Origin: an uncultured Gammaproteobacteria bacterium
Lineage (GTDB): Bacteria; Patescibacteriota; Microgenomatia; Levybacterales; JACOYD01
DNA length: 55,413 nt
Direction: 5' to 3'
NCBI GenBank assembly: GCA_964445095.1
Contig: CAYUJR010000001.1
Coordinates: forward strand, 48,283 to 103,695
The translations under genes were made by a program, and so were the position numbers. Below the pieces are notes generated by a model. The model saw nothing but the letters and a program-made list of their open reading frames with translations. It made no database searches and had not been told where the DNA came from. Positions 8,460 through 17,826 of this stretch are shown here, in pieces. Position 1 is the first letter of the stretch; each line of letters begins with the position of its first letter.

Positions 8460-9769
8460 TTCTTTTTAAGAAAGTCAGAAATACTCTCGGCTATATAATC
8501 TATTTCTCTGTTTCCCAATCCTGGATAAATACCCACAAAAAAGTTGCTATATAAAACTCTGTCTGCATTTTCCAGCTTTCCTATCTTTCTGTAATTAACC
8601 CGAGTATAAGCTGGTTGACGAGTAATGTTACCAGCAAATAAAGGTCTAGTTTGAATCATTCTACTTTCCAAAAACATGGTTATTTCGTGTCTGGTAAAAC
8701 CTACGCCGTCTCTGATTGTCAGAGGATAAGAAAACCAGCAGGGTTTGGCCTTTGGCAGTGATTTAGGAAGAATGAAGTATTTTTCCCACTCTCTGGCATA
8801 TTTATCAAAACGCTCAAAGTTCATTTTTCGCTTTTTGATAAAATAAGGCATTCGTTTTAGCTGCTCGACTCCCATGGCCGCTTGTGGCTCAATCGGTTTT
8901 AGATTATAACCAATTTGATTAAAAATATATTTATGATCATATGGCTTACCATTAATACTGTAATTAAAACGAACTCCGCAGGCTCCCAAGGTCCTTTTTT
9001 CATCTCCCCTACACCAACAACCTCGACCCCAATCTCGTAGCGAACGGGTAATCCGCTCAAATCTAAAATCATTATAATGAATAGCTCCACCTTCTCCCAT
9101 AGTCATATGATGCGGTGGATAAAAAGATTGGGTAGCTAAAATACCGAAACTACCAGTCCTTTTACCATCGTATTCCGACCCCAAAGCATCACAATTATCC
9201 TCAACTAATAATAGATTATTTTTGTTGCAAAAACTTACAATCTTTTCCATTTCATTTGGATTACCCAAGGTATGCGCCAACATCACCAAACGGGTTTTTT
9301 TAGACAGAGCTTTTTCTAGATCATTAGCATTTATATTATAAGTTTCTGGATTAACATCTAAAAAAACAGGTTTTAAGCCATATACTACCAGTGGATTAAC
9401 CGTGGTTGGAAAACCGCAGGCAGAAGTAATAACTTCATCGCCTATATTTAGGTGGCCGGTAAACATATAAGACATTAAGGAAGCTACAGCTAGAAAGTTG
9501 GAACTTGAGCCGGAATTAGTAAGAATACTTCCCCGAGCACCAACAAATCTTGCTAGTCCATTTTCCAGCTCTTGGGCTTTTTTCCCTAAACCAAACCAAC
9601 CGTCAATTAGTACGCTTACGCTGGAGTTAATTTCTTTGTCGTCAAAAACCCCGCCTGCATATTGAATCCATGTTTTACCGGGGATAAACTTCTTTTTTTT
9701 CTTACGCAAAGAAAAAATTTTAGTAATCCGCTCTCTAATTTGTTTTCGTAATATTTCTTCGCTGTCCAC
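8456..9769 (-). CDS. rfbH: RfbH/DdhC (E1)-type NDP-4-keto-6-deoxyhexose 3-dehydrase, DegT/DnrJ/EryC1 aminotransferase fold
   Basis: 437 aa. Contains NSGSSSNFLA, GDEVITSACGFPTTVNP, AHTLGN and EDNCDALG. SFYPPHHMTMGEGG has His in place of the Schiff-base Lys. DWGRGCWCRG..GACG is a Cys cluster resembling the E1 [2Fe-2S] site. Also LFAGNITRQPAY and IYPGL. Confidence 0.85.
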   Translation of the reverse strand: MDSEEILRKQIRERITKIFSLRKKKKKFIPGKTWIQYAGGVFDDKEINSSVSVLIDGWFGLGKKAQELENGLARFVGARGSILTNSGSSSNFLAVASLMSYMFTGHLNIGDEVITSACGFPTTVNPLVVYGLKPVFLDVNPETYNINANDLEKALSKKTRLVMLAHTLGNPNEMEKIVSFCNKNNLLLVEDNCDALGSEYDGKRTGSFGILATQSFYPPHHMTMGEGGAIHYNDFRFERITRSLRDWGRGCWCRGDEKRTLGACGVRFNYSINGKPYDHKYIFNQIGYNLKPIEPQAAMGVEQLKRMPYFIKKRKMNFERFDKYAREWEKYFILPKSLPKAKPCWFSYPLTIRDGVGFTRHEITMFLESRMIQTRPLFAGNITRQPAYTRVNYRKIGKLENADRVLYSNFFVGIYPGLGNREIDYIAESISDFLKKK

Positions 9770-10678
9770 TTATGAGACCTCTTTTCTAAAATAACTCACC
9801 ATTTTCTTTAATCCCTCTTCCAGGGTAGTTTTAGGCTGCCAGCCCAAAACTGATCGAGCTTTGGCATTATCAAGTAACCATGTATCTGCCTCAAGACTCC
9901 TATCTGGTAATACTCCCGCCATGATTTTTGACTTGCTTTTAGTTATTCTAATGATTTTTTTAACAAGATCCAGGAGGCGATAAGATTTGCCACCTCCCAA
10001 ATTTACAATAGTTACTAAATCTTTAAATTTTTTCTCTTTTGCTACTGTCAACGCCTCTACTACATCATCCACATAGATATAGTCTCTTTTTTTTGTTCCA
10101 GAATTAATATTAATATTTTCATTTCTCAAAGCCTTTATTGTAACTTGAGATATGAATCGCGATAGGGAATTTTGTGGACCATACATAGTCCCCACTCTTA
10201 AAATAAGAGCGGGAAATCCTACTTCTTGAGCATAGATAGCAACTAAATGTTCTCCGGCGACTTTTGATACTGCATAAGCAGAGGGTGGATTGATTAATTG
10301 ATTTTCCCGATAAGGGACGATTCCTTCTCCATAAACTTCTTCTGTGCTTAAAAACACAAACAGTTTTGGAGGATAGTTTCTACATGCTTCCAGCAGATTA
10401 AGTGTTCCTTTAATGTTAATTTCTATACACTTTCGGGCAATTTCAAAATCCCGAGATAAATCTACCAGTGCTCCCAAATGATAAATAACTGTGGGCCCAA
10501 ACTCCCTAATTGTTTTTTGAAGTTCGTCTAGATTAGCTAGGTCTATCTTGTGAATATATAAATTCTTAAGCTCGTGGCCACCGGAAAGATAAACTGTTTC
10601 TTGCTCGGCAAGTAATCTCTTAGTTAATCGTCTTCCCAAGAAACCGCTGGCGCCCGTAACTAAAATTTTATTTTTCAT
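9770..10678 (-). CDS. NAD(P)-dependent epimerase/dehydratase/reductase (extended SDR)
   Basis: ILVTGASGFLG Rossmann motif and YAVSK (YxxxK) catalytic motif. Directly abuts the rfbH-like gene. Confidence 0.8.
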   Translation of the reverse strand: MKNKILVTGASGFLGRRLTKRLLAEQETVYLSGGHELKNLYIHKIDLANLDELQKTIREFGPTVIYHLGALVDLSRDFEIARKCIEINIKGTLNLLEACRNYPPKLFVFLSTEEVYGEGIVPYRENQLINPPSAYAVSKVAGEHLVAIYAQEVGFPALILRVGTMYGPQNSLSRFISQVTIKALRNENININSGTKKRDYIYVDDVVEALTVAKEKKFKDLVTIVNLGGGKSYRLLDLVKKIIRITKSKSKIMAGVLPDRSLEADTWLLDNAKARSVLGWQPKTTLEEGLKKMVSYFRKEVS

Positions 10679-11697
10679 AACTTTCTTGCTAAATTCTTTG
10701 AGATATGTTTAATTGTTGCTACAGAATAAGCATAGAAAAAAATCCAACAAACCAGGGGATGTAAAAACCATGCTAAGTCCCGTTTTTTAATAAATCCTCG
10801 TAAACTATCCCATAATGGCTTAATCAGGGTAATCGTATAGATAATAAAGAGAACCAGCCTAACATTGTCTTTTATCTTTCTAGGATTATAGACAAAATAT
10901 CTTCTGGCGATAATTCTTTTTTGGTCAAAGTAATAATTCAAAAGAAAAGCTGTTCTTTTTTTAATTAACATGCTAAGATTTGCTGCAGTATCATGGACTA
11001 TGTCATTCTTCGTAATTGCAAATCTGTTATACCCCTTTTCCACTAAATCTGCAAATATATCTATATGTAAAAATTCTTGAGGACTACTTTTGGCATGTCG
11101 TAGTAAGAGATCTTTTTTGTAAACTACACCGTTACATCCTACTGTTGGTAGGGTTTCCTGGTTAAATTCAACGACATAATAATTTTTAGTTTCTTTAATT
11201 ATATTACCCAGGCTCCATTTTTCTTCTATCCAGGAAAGTCTATCCGGCTTACCTATATAATATACGATTGGATCGTTAATCCCAAATAAGGCAAAATATC
11301 TGTTGGAAAAATTATCATTTGGTCTATATGTGTAATGCATAGTATAAGCATGAACGATTTTATCGTCAGCTAAAAATGGCTCTATCATTTCTCTCAACCA
11401 ATTGTTTTTGGGCAAATAATTATCAGCATCAAGAGATACTATTAGATTATGTTTCGCTTCGCGCAATCCAATTGCTCGTTGAGCTTCTGCATTTTTTTTA
11501 ATTGGGCTATTGATAATTCGGAAATGATATTTTTTAAAAATATCTTTAGTGGAATCAGTTGATCCTCCATCGATTCCCACATAATCAATCAGTCGCTTTG
11601 GATAATCTTGCTCTATCACTTTCCTTAGGCATTCTGACAAAGTCCTCTCATTATTTAAGGTAATTATAACAATACTAATTTTGGGTAAGTTTTTCAT
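10675..11697 (-). CDS. Glycosyltransferase family 2 with C-terminal membrane segment
   Basis: ISIVIITLNNERTL, IDGGSTDST and SLDADN (DxD). Hydrophobic C-terminal tail. Confidence 0.8.
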   Translation of the reverse strand: MKNLPKISIVIITLNNERTLSECLRKVIEQDYPKRLIDYVGIDGGSTDSTKDIFKKYHFRIINSPIKKNAEAQRAIGLREAKHNLIVSLDADNYLPKNNWLREMIEPFLADDKIVHAYTMHYTYRPNDNFSNRYFALFGINDPIVYYIGKPDRLSWIEEKWSLGNIIKETKNYYVVEFNQETLPTVGCNGVVYKKDLLLRHAKSSPQEFLHIDIFADLVEKGYNRFAITKNDIVHDTAANLSMLIKKRTAFLLNYYFDQKRIIARRYFVYNPRKIKDNVRLVLFIIYTITLIKPLWDSLRGFIKKRDLAWFLHPLVCWIFFYAYSVATIKHISKNLARKL

Positions 11698-12787
11698 AAA
11701 ATGATTTAAAACTTTTCTCCCAAGAAAATTTTTTGCTCCAGAAAATTGCTTCCCGCGATAGTTTTTTCCTTAATATCTGATTTGTAATAAGTCTAGTTAT
11801 AGCTAGAGCTAACTCTGGTGGTTTTGGATTTTTACTAAGAATAAGACCAGTTTTATTGGCAACTACCGAATCTTTTAGTCCTGTCACGTTAGAAACAATT
11901 GCCGGCGTACCGCAAGCAGCTGCTTCTGTCACCACCATTCCCCACCCTTCTTTGACTGATGGTAACAATAATGCCCAAGCCCCCTGCATTAATCTTACCT
12001 TCATATCTTTAAGGTTTTTTTCCAAAAATAAATTATTTTTGTTTATTATAAAAACATTTTTACTCAACCTTAACCTATTAATTAAATCTTTTAAATTATT
12101 TTCTTCTTCACCATAACCGACAAGATAAAGACAAGCTTTGTGATTTTTTTTAACAACTGCTTTCATGGCATAGATACAGATATCTGCTCTTTTGTAATTA
12201 ACAAAACGCGAAACAAAGATAAATGTGGGATTAGAAAACTTTTTCCCAGGCTGATATCTTTGGTGATCAATGCCTAGGGGAAAAACACCGATATTATTTC
12301 TGGGAATCCCAAAAGAAACTAAATCGTCTTTGATACTCTGACTATAACAAATCGTCTTAGTATTTTTGTAGGTCAAAAATTGAAGCGGTTCAAGTAGATA
12401 TGTAATCAAAGATATAGGCAAGGGATACTTATAGAAAAAAACTTCTCTAGCTGACTGATTGGCATATAAAATTCTTCTTCTTTGATCAACATAAAGTGGG
12501 GTTTGCCAGCATATGGTATTGACGCAATCTAAAACCAGATCGGGTTTCGTTTTCAATGATTGGTAGTACAAAAAAGCACGAAAAAATACCGAGTATTTAC
12601 TACCGCGACGAATTATCTTTATCCCATTTAAAACCTCTTCGCTCGAGGCACCAGCAAACATTTGAGAAAACCAGTCGACAGTATGACCATTTTCTACCAA
12701 TCTTTTCGCCAGTTCATAAAGAATAATTTCTGCACCACCCTTTTGGGGGTTTTTGATATCACGCCAGTTAAATATTAGAATTCTCAT
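11675..12787 (-). CDS. Glycosyltransferase family 4 (GT-B, Glycos_transf_1)
   Basis: MRILIFNWRD.. start and EGWGMVVTEAAACGTPAIVSN motif. Confidence 0.8.
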   Translation of the reverse strand: MRILIFNWRDIKNPQKGGAEIILYELAKRLVENGHTVDWFSQMFAGASSEEVLNGIKIIRRGSKYSVFFRAFLYYQSLKTKPDLVLDCVNTICWQTPLYVDQRRRILYANQSAREVFFYKYPLPISLITYLLEPLQFLTYKNTKTICYSQSIKDDLVSFGIPRNNIGVFPLGIDHQRYQPGKKFSNPTFIFVSRFVNYKRADICIYAMKAVVKKNHKACLYLVGYGEEENNLKDLINRLRLSKNVFIINKNNLFLEKNLKDMKVRLMQGAWALLLPSVKEGWGMVVTEAAACGTPAIVSNVTGLKDSVVANKTGLILSKNPKPPELALAITRLITNQILRKKLSREAIFWSKKFSWEKSFKSFYEKLTQN

Positions 12788-13662
12788 TTAAGTAAATCAA
12801 CCACTTCTCTCAGATTTCCTACTATGAATAGATTATGATCAATTTTTTTGGGCTTTTTATGCTCTTCCACCAGAATACCTGCTCCAAAAGAAAGCTCTCT
12901 TAGAGGAACATCAAGATCGTCTTGGTAGGAATTACCAATCATTACCAGATCGTTAAAATTAACTTTTACCTTAAGACTTTTCCTTATATGCGCAACTCCT
13001 TTTTCAAAGAAGGCTTTTGTTGGTTTGTCTTCGGGATCTCCAATTATCAGATCTTTAAAGCGTAAACCATCTTCCCGTAGTCGCTGCAATCTTTTTCTTT
13101 TAGTTTTTTCTGAAAAAACTGGATCATAAATAAATTGTCTATTAACCAACTTCAACCTGCCATCGCTACTGGTAAGAATGAAAACAGAAATCCCTTGTTT
13201 TCGTAATTCTCTAAAAAGAATTTTTGCCTCCACAAATGGCTTGACGCAGCTAATAGCTTCCCAATATGCATCCACTATTTGTCTTATAATATTATTTGTC
13301 AGTTTTACTCCTATATCTTTGGCGGCTTTTTGCAAAAACACTTCACGGCTCCATTTTTTAATAAAGCCCCATTTCTGCAAAACTCCTCTTTGATAATATT
13401 CAATATCTTGTAGTAACTCTTTGTATGCCTCCTTACCACCAGGGACATAGTCCCATTCCCGATCATTAGTTATTAGAAAACCGGCTATCATGAGACTTGT
13501 TGAGTAATGGACCCCTTTTATAATATCCTTAATTTGTTGTTTTTTAAAACCTAATTTCTGCATTACTTTTGCCATTTCTTTCATGGCTTTTCCATGGGCA
13601 AGAGCCGTATTAACTAGAGTATGATTATAGTCAAAGACGAATATCTTGTTCTTGAAATTCAT
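12784..13662 (-). CDS. HAD-superfamily hydrolase-like protein
   Basis: IFVFDYNHTLV is a motif I variant (DxNxT). ILTSSDG fits motif II and GNSYQDDL fits motif IV. Confidence 0.5.
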   Translation of the reverse strand: MNFKNKIFVFDYNHTLVNTALAHGKAMKEMAKVMQKLGFKKQQIKDIIKGVHYSTSLMIAGFLITNDREWDYVPGGKEAYKELLQDIEYYQRGVLQKWGFIKKWSREVFLQKAAKDIGVKLTNNIIRQIVDAYWEAISCVKPFVEAKILFRELRKQGISVFILTSSDGRLKLVNRQFIYDPVFSEKTKRKRLQRLREDGLRFKDLIIGDPEDKPTKAFFEKGVAHIRKSLKVKVNFNDLVMIGNSYQDDLDVPLRELSFGAGILVEEHKKPKKIDHNLFIVGNLREVVDLLK

Positions 13663-14411
13663 GAAGACTTTTTAAATTTATTGTTTTTGTAGTAGTTAAG
13701 GATTTTAAGGCGATAGAAAACTGCCATCGTGTCCCATAACATCAGAAAAATTATTTTAATAAAATTTTCCCACGTAATATTACTACCTTTCTGAAAATTT
13801 ATTTCTATCGGAGCTTCATAAATTCTCTTGAAGCCCAAACTATAAGCAACTGCCAAGATTTCTACATCAAAGGCATACTTTTTAACTAATAGTCTAGGTA
13901 ATACATTTTTTATCACTTTCCTTTTAAAAAATTTAAGACCGACTTGAGTATCCCGAACTTTAAAGCCAAAAAGAATTCTAGTCAAAAGCCTATATCCCCA
14001 AGATAGAACTATCCTATACCAAGGGTAGTTAATTTTGGAAACAGGGTGTAATTTTGAACCTATAATTATATCCGCATTATACCAATCCAAATGATTAAGT
14101 AACATGGAAAAACCACTAGGATTAATATCCATACCACTGTCTATAAAACCAACGATATCTCCCTTTGCTCTCATCATCCCTACTCTTACAGCATGTCCTT
14201 TACCTTGATTTTTTTTATAGCCGATTATTTTTACATTATCCGAGGCTAGTTTTTGGGCGTTTTTAAAGGTTTTATCTACCATCCCGTCAACAACAACAAT
14301 TACTTCAAAAGTATATTGAAGACTTTCTAGGATAGATTTTATTCTGGTCAAATCCCTAGCAATAGTTCTCTCTTGCTTAAAAGCCGGAATGATGACTGAT
14401 ATTTTTGGCAT
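13659..14411 (-). CDS. DPM1/GtrB-like GT2, predicted polyprenyl-phosphate sugar synthase
   Basis: ISVIIPAFKQERTI, VVVDGMVD, KNQGKGHAV, FIDSGMD and FDVEILAVAYSLGFKRIYEAPI, which is the DPM1-like C-terminal region. Confidence 0.7.
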   Translation of the reverse strand: MPKISVIIPAFKQERTIARDLTRIKSILESLQYTFEVIVVVDGMVDKTFKNAQKLASDNVKIIGYKKNQGKGHAVRVGMMRAKGDIVGFIDSGMDINPSGFSMLLNHLDWYNADIIIGSKLHPVSKINYPWYRIVLSWGYRLLTRILFGFKVRDTQVGLKFFKRKVIKNVLPRLLVKKYAFDVEILAVAYSLGFKRIYEAPIEINFQKGSNITWENFIKIIFLMLWDTMAVFYRLKILNYYKNNKFKKSS

Positions 14412-15684
14412 ATAGCTTCCAGTAATATAGCAGAAGTAAAAAAAGAAGTAAACTTGTGATTGTAAGGGAAATAACGATGATTTGGAGAAATGAATCGTGA
14501 TAGAACCAAATTAGTACTGCTTGCGTGAGGGCGGCGATTGTCATTGGTATAAAAATTTCTGTTCTTTTGATGGAAAGATAAAAATAAGTAAATATTGAAA
14601 CCAGCGAGTAAAAAGCAATAAAAATTCCAAAAGGGCCTAGTAGCGATGTGACTGCCAAGTATTCTTCATTTTTAATAAAAAATTTAATTGTAAATTCTGG
14701 AAAAAGAAAATAAAAAACGGTGAGGGCAATTGAGGTAACTGCGACTAATAACAAAGCTAAACCAAAGATGTGATGATAATTCTCCGCTCTTGCGTACTTC
14801 TGAGTGACTAGGGGAAACATGACAGTACCCAGTGGCGCAGAAAAAAAGAATATCACTCTACCCACTACTGAAAGGCCGGCGTAAATACCTGCTTCGGTTG
14901 GATTAAAAAAATGCTTGACTAAAATTATATCTGTGTTGACCAAAGACATAAGACTAAAAGTAGCTAGCGCTGCTGGAATACCATAGCTAAATAGTTTCTT
15001 TGAACTAACTTTAGGTAGACTAATTCCCTTCTGAAAAATAAACTTCAAGGGGAAAAAATTAAGCAGATATTGGATTAGAGAAGAGAAAAAAACCGCCCAT
15101 AATACGCCGCCCACGGTAAAACCCAAGAAAACTGTTAAAATTCCCCCAGTCAACTTTAAAAAACCAGAAAGTAGATTCGTAAAGGTAATATAATTAAAAG
15201 CGAGTTTTGCTTGAAGTAATGGTATATTTAGAGCCGCTACAAAACCAAGAAAGACATTCAGTCCGACTAAAATAATTAGGGCGTCATTTGAGATATTAAA
15301 AAATTGCCCAATGATTTGGGTAAAAAGTATGAAAATAATAAAAACCGTAAATCCCAACAAAACAGTCAGCCTGTTAATTTTAAAAAAAAGTCCCCGCACC
15401 ATATCGAGTTCATTCTTGGCAAAATAAGAAGCAGCAAAAGCGACTACCATCGGAATTACTGCATTAACCGGCAATGTAGAAAGAGTAACTAGAGATATTA
15501 AAGATATTAAAACTCCATAATCAGAAACTGCGAGGTTTCTAGCCATAAAAAGATTAAAAAGAAAGTTAAGCAAACTGATTAATAACGAGCCAATAAAAAT
15601 TAGACTTGCCCCGTTAATCAACTCATGGCTCAAAAATTTTTTAGCTAAATTTACTATCATAACTTTAAAAATTATGCCACCCAA
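14377..15684 (-). CDS. MOP-superfamily (Wzx-like) polysaccharide/oligosaccharide flippase
   Basis: 435 aa, roughly 12 hydrophobic helices, with the typical Polysacc_synt layout. The start may be the internal MIVNLAKKF. Confidence 0.7.
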   Translation of the reverse strand: MGGIIFKVMIVNLAKKFLSHELINGASLIFIGSLLISLLNFLFNLFMARNLAVSDYGVLISLISLVTLSTLPVNAVIPMVVAFAASYFAKNELDMVRGLFFKINRLTVLLGFTVFIIFILFTQIIGQFFNISNDALIILVGLNVFLGFVAALNIPLLQAKLAFNYITFTNLLSGFLKLTGGILTVFLGFTVGGVLWAVFFSSLIQYLLNFFPLKFIFQKGISLPKVSSKKLFSYGIPAALATFSLMSLVNTDIILVKHFFNPTEAGIYAGLSVVGRVIFFFSAPLGTVMFPLVTQKYARAENYHHIFGLALLLVAVTSIALTVFYFLFPEFTIKFFIKNEEYLAVTSLLGPFGIFIAFYSLVSIFTYFYLSIKRTEIFIPMTIAALTQAVLIWFYHDSFLQIIVISLTITSLLLFLLLLYYWKLYAKNISHHSGF

Positions 15685-16757
15685 TAACCCCTGGTAAAAA
15701 GAGCTGTCAGAATTAGCAGTAATATAGCATATAATATTAATAATGTAGCTTTTAATAGTTGATTTTTAATTAAACTCAAGGCTAAAAATATGGGAAAAAC
15801 AGTCAGTGTGTATCTGGGCATAGAAGACAAGGTGCCGCTAAAAGTCGGGCTAATAATTGATAAAAAAGAAAAAAGAAGATACGACAGTCTTATTCTTCTC
15901 CAAAATATCACTAGCAAAGCTACGGCCGAGAAAAACATCGATAACTCAAGTACGGCAATCCATAATTGATAGGTAGTAATTGGTACCGTCAAAAATATTT
16001 TAATATAGCGAAAGATGACTTGAGGGAGTAGTATTATTTCTCCTCCGCTGCGCTCGGCTCCGAAAGCCGGCTGAACATGAATAAAAGCCAATAAATCATT
16101 AATAGTAACCTTGAGATAAATTATATAACTCGCAAGACCAGTTATCGGAAACAGGAGTAACCATAGCCATTTCGTCAAAATGGTTTTTAGGTTAAAATTT
16201 AGATATTTGAACCCTTCCAATACAAGTGCGGGCAATAAAAATATCCCTGCTAAACGGGTAGCACTGGCTAGTCCCCCTAATACTCCTGCCATTAGCCACT
16301 TCTTCTTTCTGGCGGCTAAGAAACTTCCCAGAAGAAAAGCTAGAAACAAGCTTTCTGTATAAAAAGAGCCCAAAAAAAATGAGGTAGGAGAGAGAAGTAA
16401 AAATATCACTGCCCAACGGGCTACCCGAGGTTCAAAATCTAGATTGATAAGTTTCCATAACAACAATAAGGCCACCAATAGGGATATATGGATAATCACC
16501 ATACCAGTGATAAGATAATTACCTCCAAAGACGGGCGTTGATATCTTAACTAACAAAGGAAATAAAGGGAAAAATGCCTGTTGAGATTCTCCATACCCAT
16601 TTGTTGCAATAGCTAAATAATGTATTCCATCAAAATTTGCCCAGGAAATAGGACCTAAAAAGGTAGTTATGCGAGGCAAAATTAGCGTTGCTAACAATGC
16701 AACTACGATAAGAGCCAATCTCCAACCGATAATAGATAAAAGAATAAAACTCCACAT
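15672..16757 (-). CDS. PIG-V/GT76-like GT-C membrane mannosyltransferase-like protein
   Basis: WANFDGIHYLAIATNGYGESQQAFFPLFPLL matches the W-D-x-x-Y..IA..GY..AFFPL signature of Mannosyl_trans2. Polytopic. Confidence 0.6.
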   Translation of the reverse strand: MWSFILLSIIGWRLALIVVALLATLILPRITTFLGPISWANFDGIHYLAIATNGYGESQQAFFPLFPLLVKISTPVFGGNYLITGMVIIHISLLVALLLLWKLINLDFEPRVARWAVIFLLLSPTSFFLGSFYTESLFLAFLLGSFLAARKKKWLMAGVLGGLASATRLAGIFLLPALVLEGFKYLNFNLKTILTKWLWLLLFPITGLASYIIYLKVTINDLLAFIHVQPAFGAERSGGEIILLPQVIFRYIKIFLTVPITTYQLWIAVLELSMFFSAVALLVIFWRRIRLSYLLFSFLSIISPTFSGTLSSMPRYTLTVFPIFLALSLIKNQLLKATLLILYAILLLILTALFTRGYWVA

Positions 16758-16761
16758 AAAA

Positions 16762-17826
16762 TTATTTAATGGCTAATATTTTTTTATATACATTACTTGT
16801 TTCCTCAGCGGTTTTTCCCCACGTAAATTTTTTCGCTTGCGCTAAACCTTTTTTAATAAGTTCTTGTTGTAGTTTTTTATTGAAATATACTTCCCCTATG
16901 CCATTGGCAATATTGTTAATATCATACGGATCAACTAAAAAAGCTCCTTCGCCAGCGACTTCCGCTAAGCTACCTTTTTTACTTGTTACCACGGGAGTCC
17001 CGCAAGCCATTGCCTCAAGTATTGGTAATCCAAAACCTTCGTAAAGAGACGGCATGGTAAAAACTGTAGCTAGATTATAAAGAGCCACCAAATCTTCATT
17101 AGGAATAAAACCAAGCGGTATAAATCGCTTATCATTTGCCATCAATCGCTTTACTTTTATCCGGTCTTGATTCCATGAATTATTTTTATCAAACTCTTCT
17201 TCTATAATTGCTTTTCCTGCTAAAACCAAGCTAAGGTTAATTTTTTGTACTGCCTCTATTAGTCGCGGCAGATTTTTATTCCAAGTAACATCACCAACAT
17301 AAAGAATAAATTTTTCCGGCAGATCATATTTAATCCTGATCTTTTCTAAGAATTTGCTATTTTTGATAACTCTAAATTTATCTGAAGACGCTAAATATAT
17401 ACTGTTGATAGCGCTATCGCGAATATTAGCAAACCGCACTATATCTTTTTTTGATGAGTTTGAGTCGGTGATAACAGCCTTGACGCGACTTAAGGCAAAT
17501 TTTTGTATCTGCCATTTAATCGTTCCTCTAATTCCTATTGGAAAATGTTCGGGGAAAACCAGCGGCGTGAGATCATGTATTGTAACTATCGTAGGAAAAT
17601 GATTCCAAACTGGCAGAGTGAGGAAAAAAGGTTCAAAATACGGATAGTGCACTAAATCAATATTTTTGGGTAATTTTTCACCTCGAATAAAAAAATTGTA
17701 CGTATTCTCTGGAAAGCTCTGCAATAAAGCCTTTTTTAGGTTTTCTATGTAAAACCCTGTTCCTCGAACTCTATGCTGCAAGAGTGAAGGCATTTTAAGC
17801 GGAGACACGTCAATGGCAATATTCAT
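16762..17826 (-). CDS. Glycosyltransferase family 4 (GT-B)
   Basis: YEGFGLPILEAMACGTPVVTSKKGSLAEV motif. Confidence 0.85.
   Translation of the reverse strand: MNIAIDVSPLKMPSLLQHRVRGTGFYIENLKKALLQSFPENTYNFFIRGEKLPKNIDLVHYPYFEPFFLTLPVWNHFPTIVTIHDLTPLVFPEHFPIGIRGTIKWQIQKFALSRVKAVITDSNSSKKDIVRFANIRDSAINSIYLASSDKFRVIKNSKFLEKIRIKYDLPEKFILYVGDVTWNKNLPRLIEAVQKINLSLVLAGKAIIEEEFDKNNSWNQDRIKVKRLMANDKRFIPLGFIPNEDLVALYNLATVFTMPSLYEGFGLPILEAMACGTPVVTSKKGSLAEVAGEGAFLVDPYDINNIANGIGEVYFNKKLQQELIKKGLAQAKKFTWGKTAEETSNVYKKILAIK

Noticed and set aside
9693-9700. Homopolymer runs of 8 T/A inside coding regions as phase-variation tracts, for example 9693-9700 in the rfbH-like gene, 6721-6728 in the kinase and 8420-8427.
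   Set aside because: Runs of this length are expected at this AT content and encode ordinary Lys/Phe stretches. There is no evidence they are special, and they are much weaker candidates than the heptamer tracts.
10103-10117. The hexamer repeat attaat x2.5 (NININ), and the octamer repeat agaaaatg x2.5 at 29246-29265.
   Set aside because: The hexamer is a multiple of three, so it has no frameshift potential. The octamer has only two full copies in a Phe/Ser-rich TM segment. Both are compatible with chance in AT-rich coding DNA.
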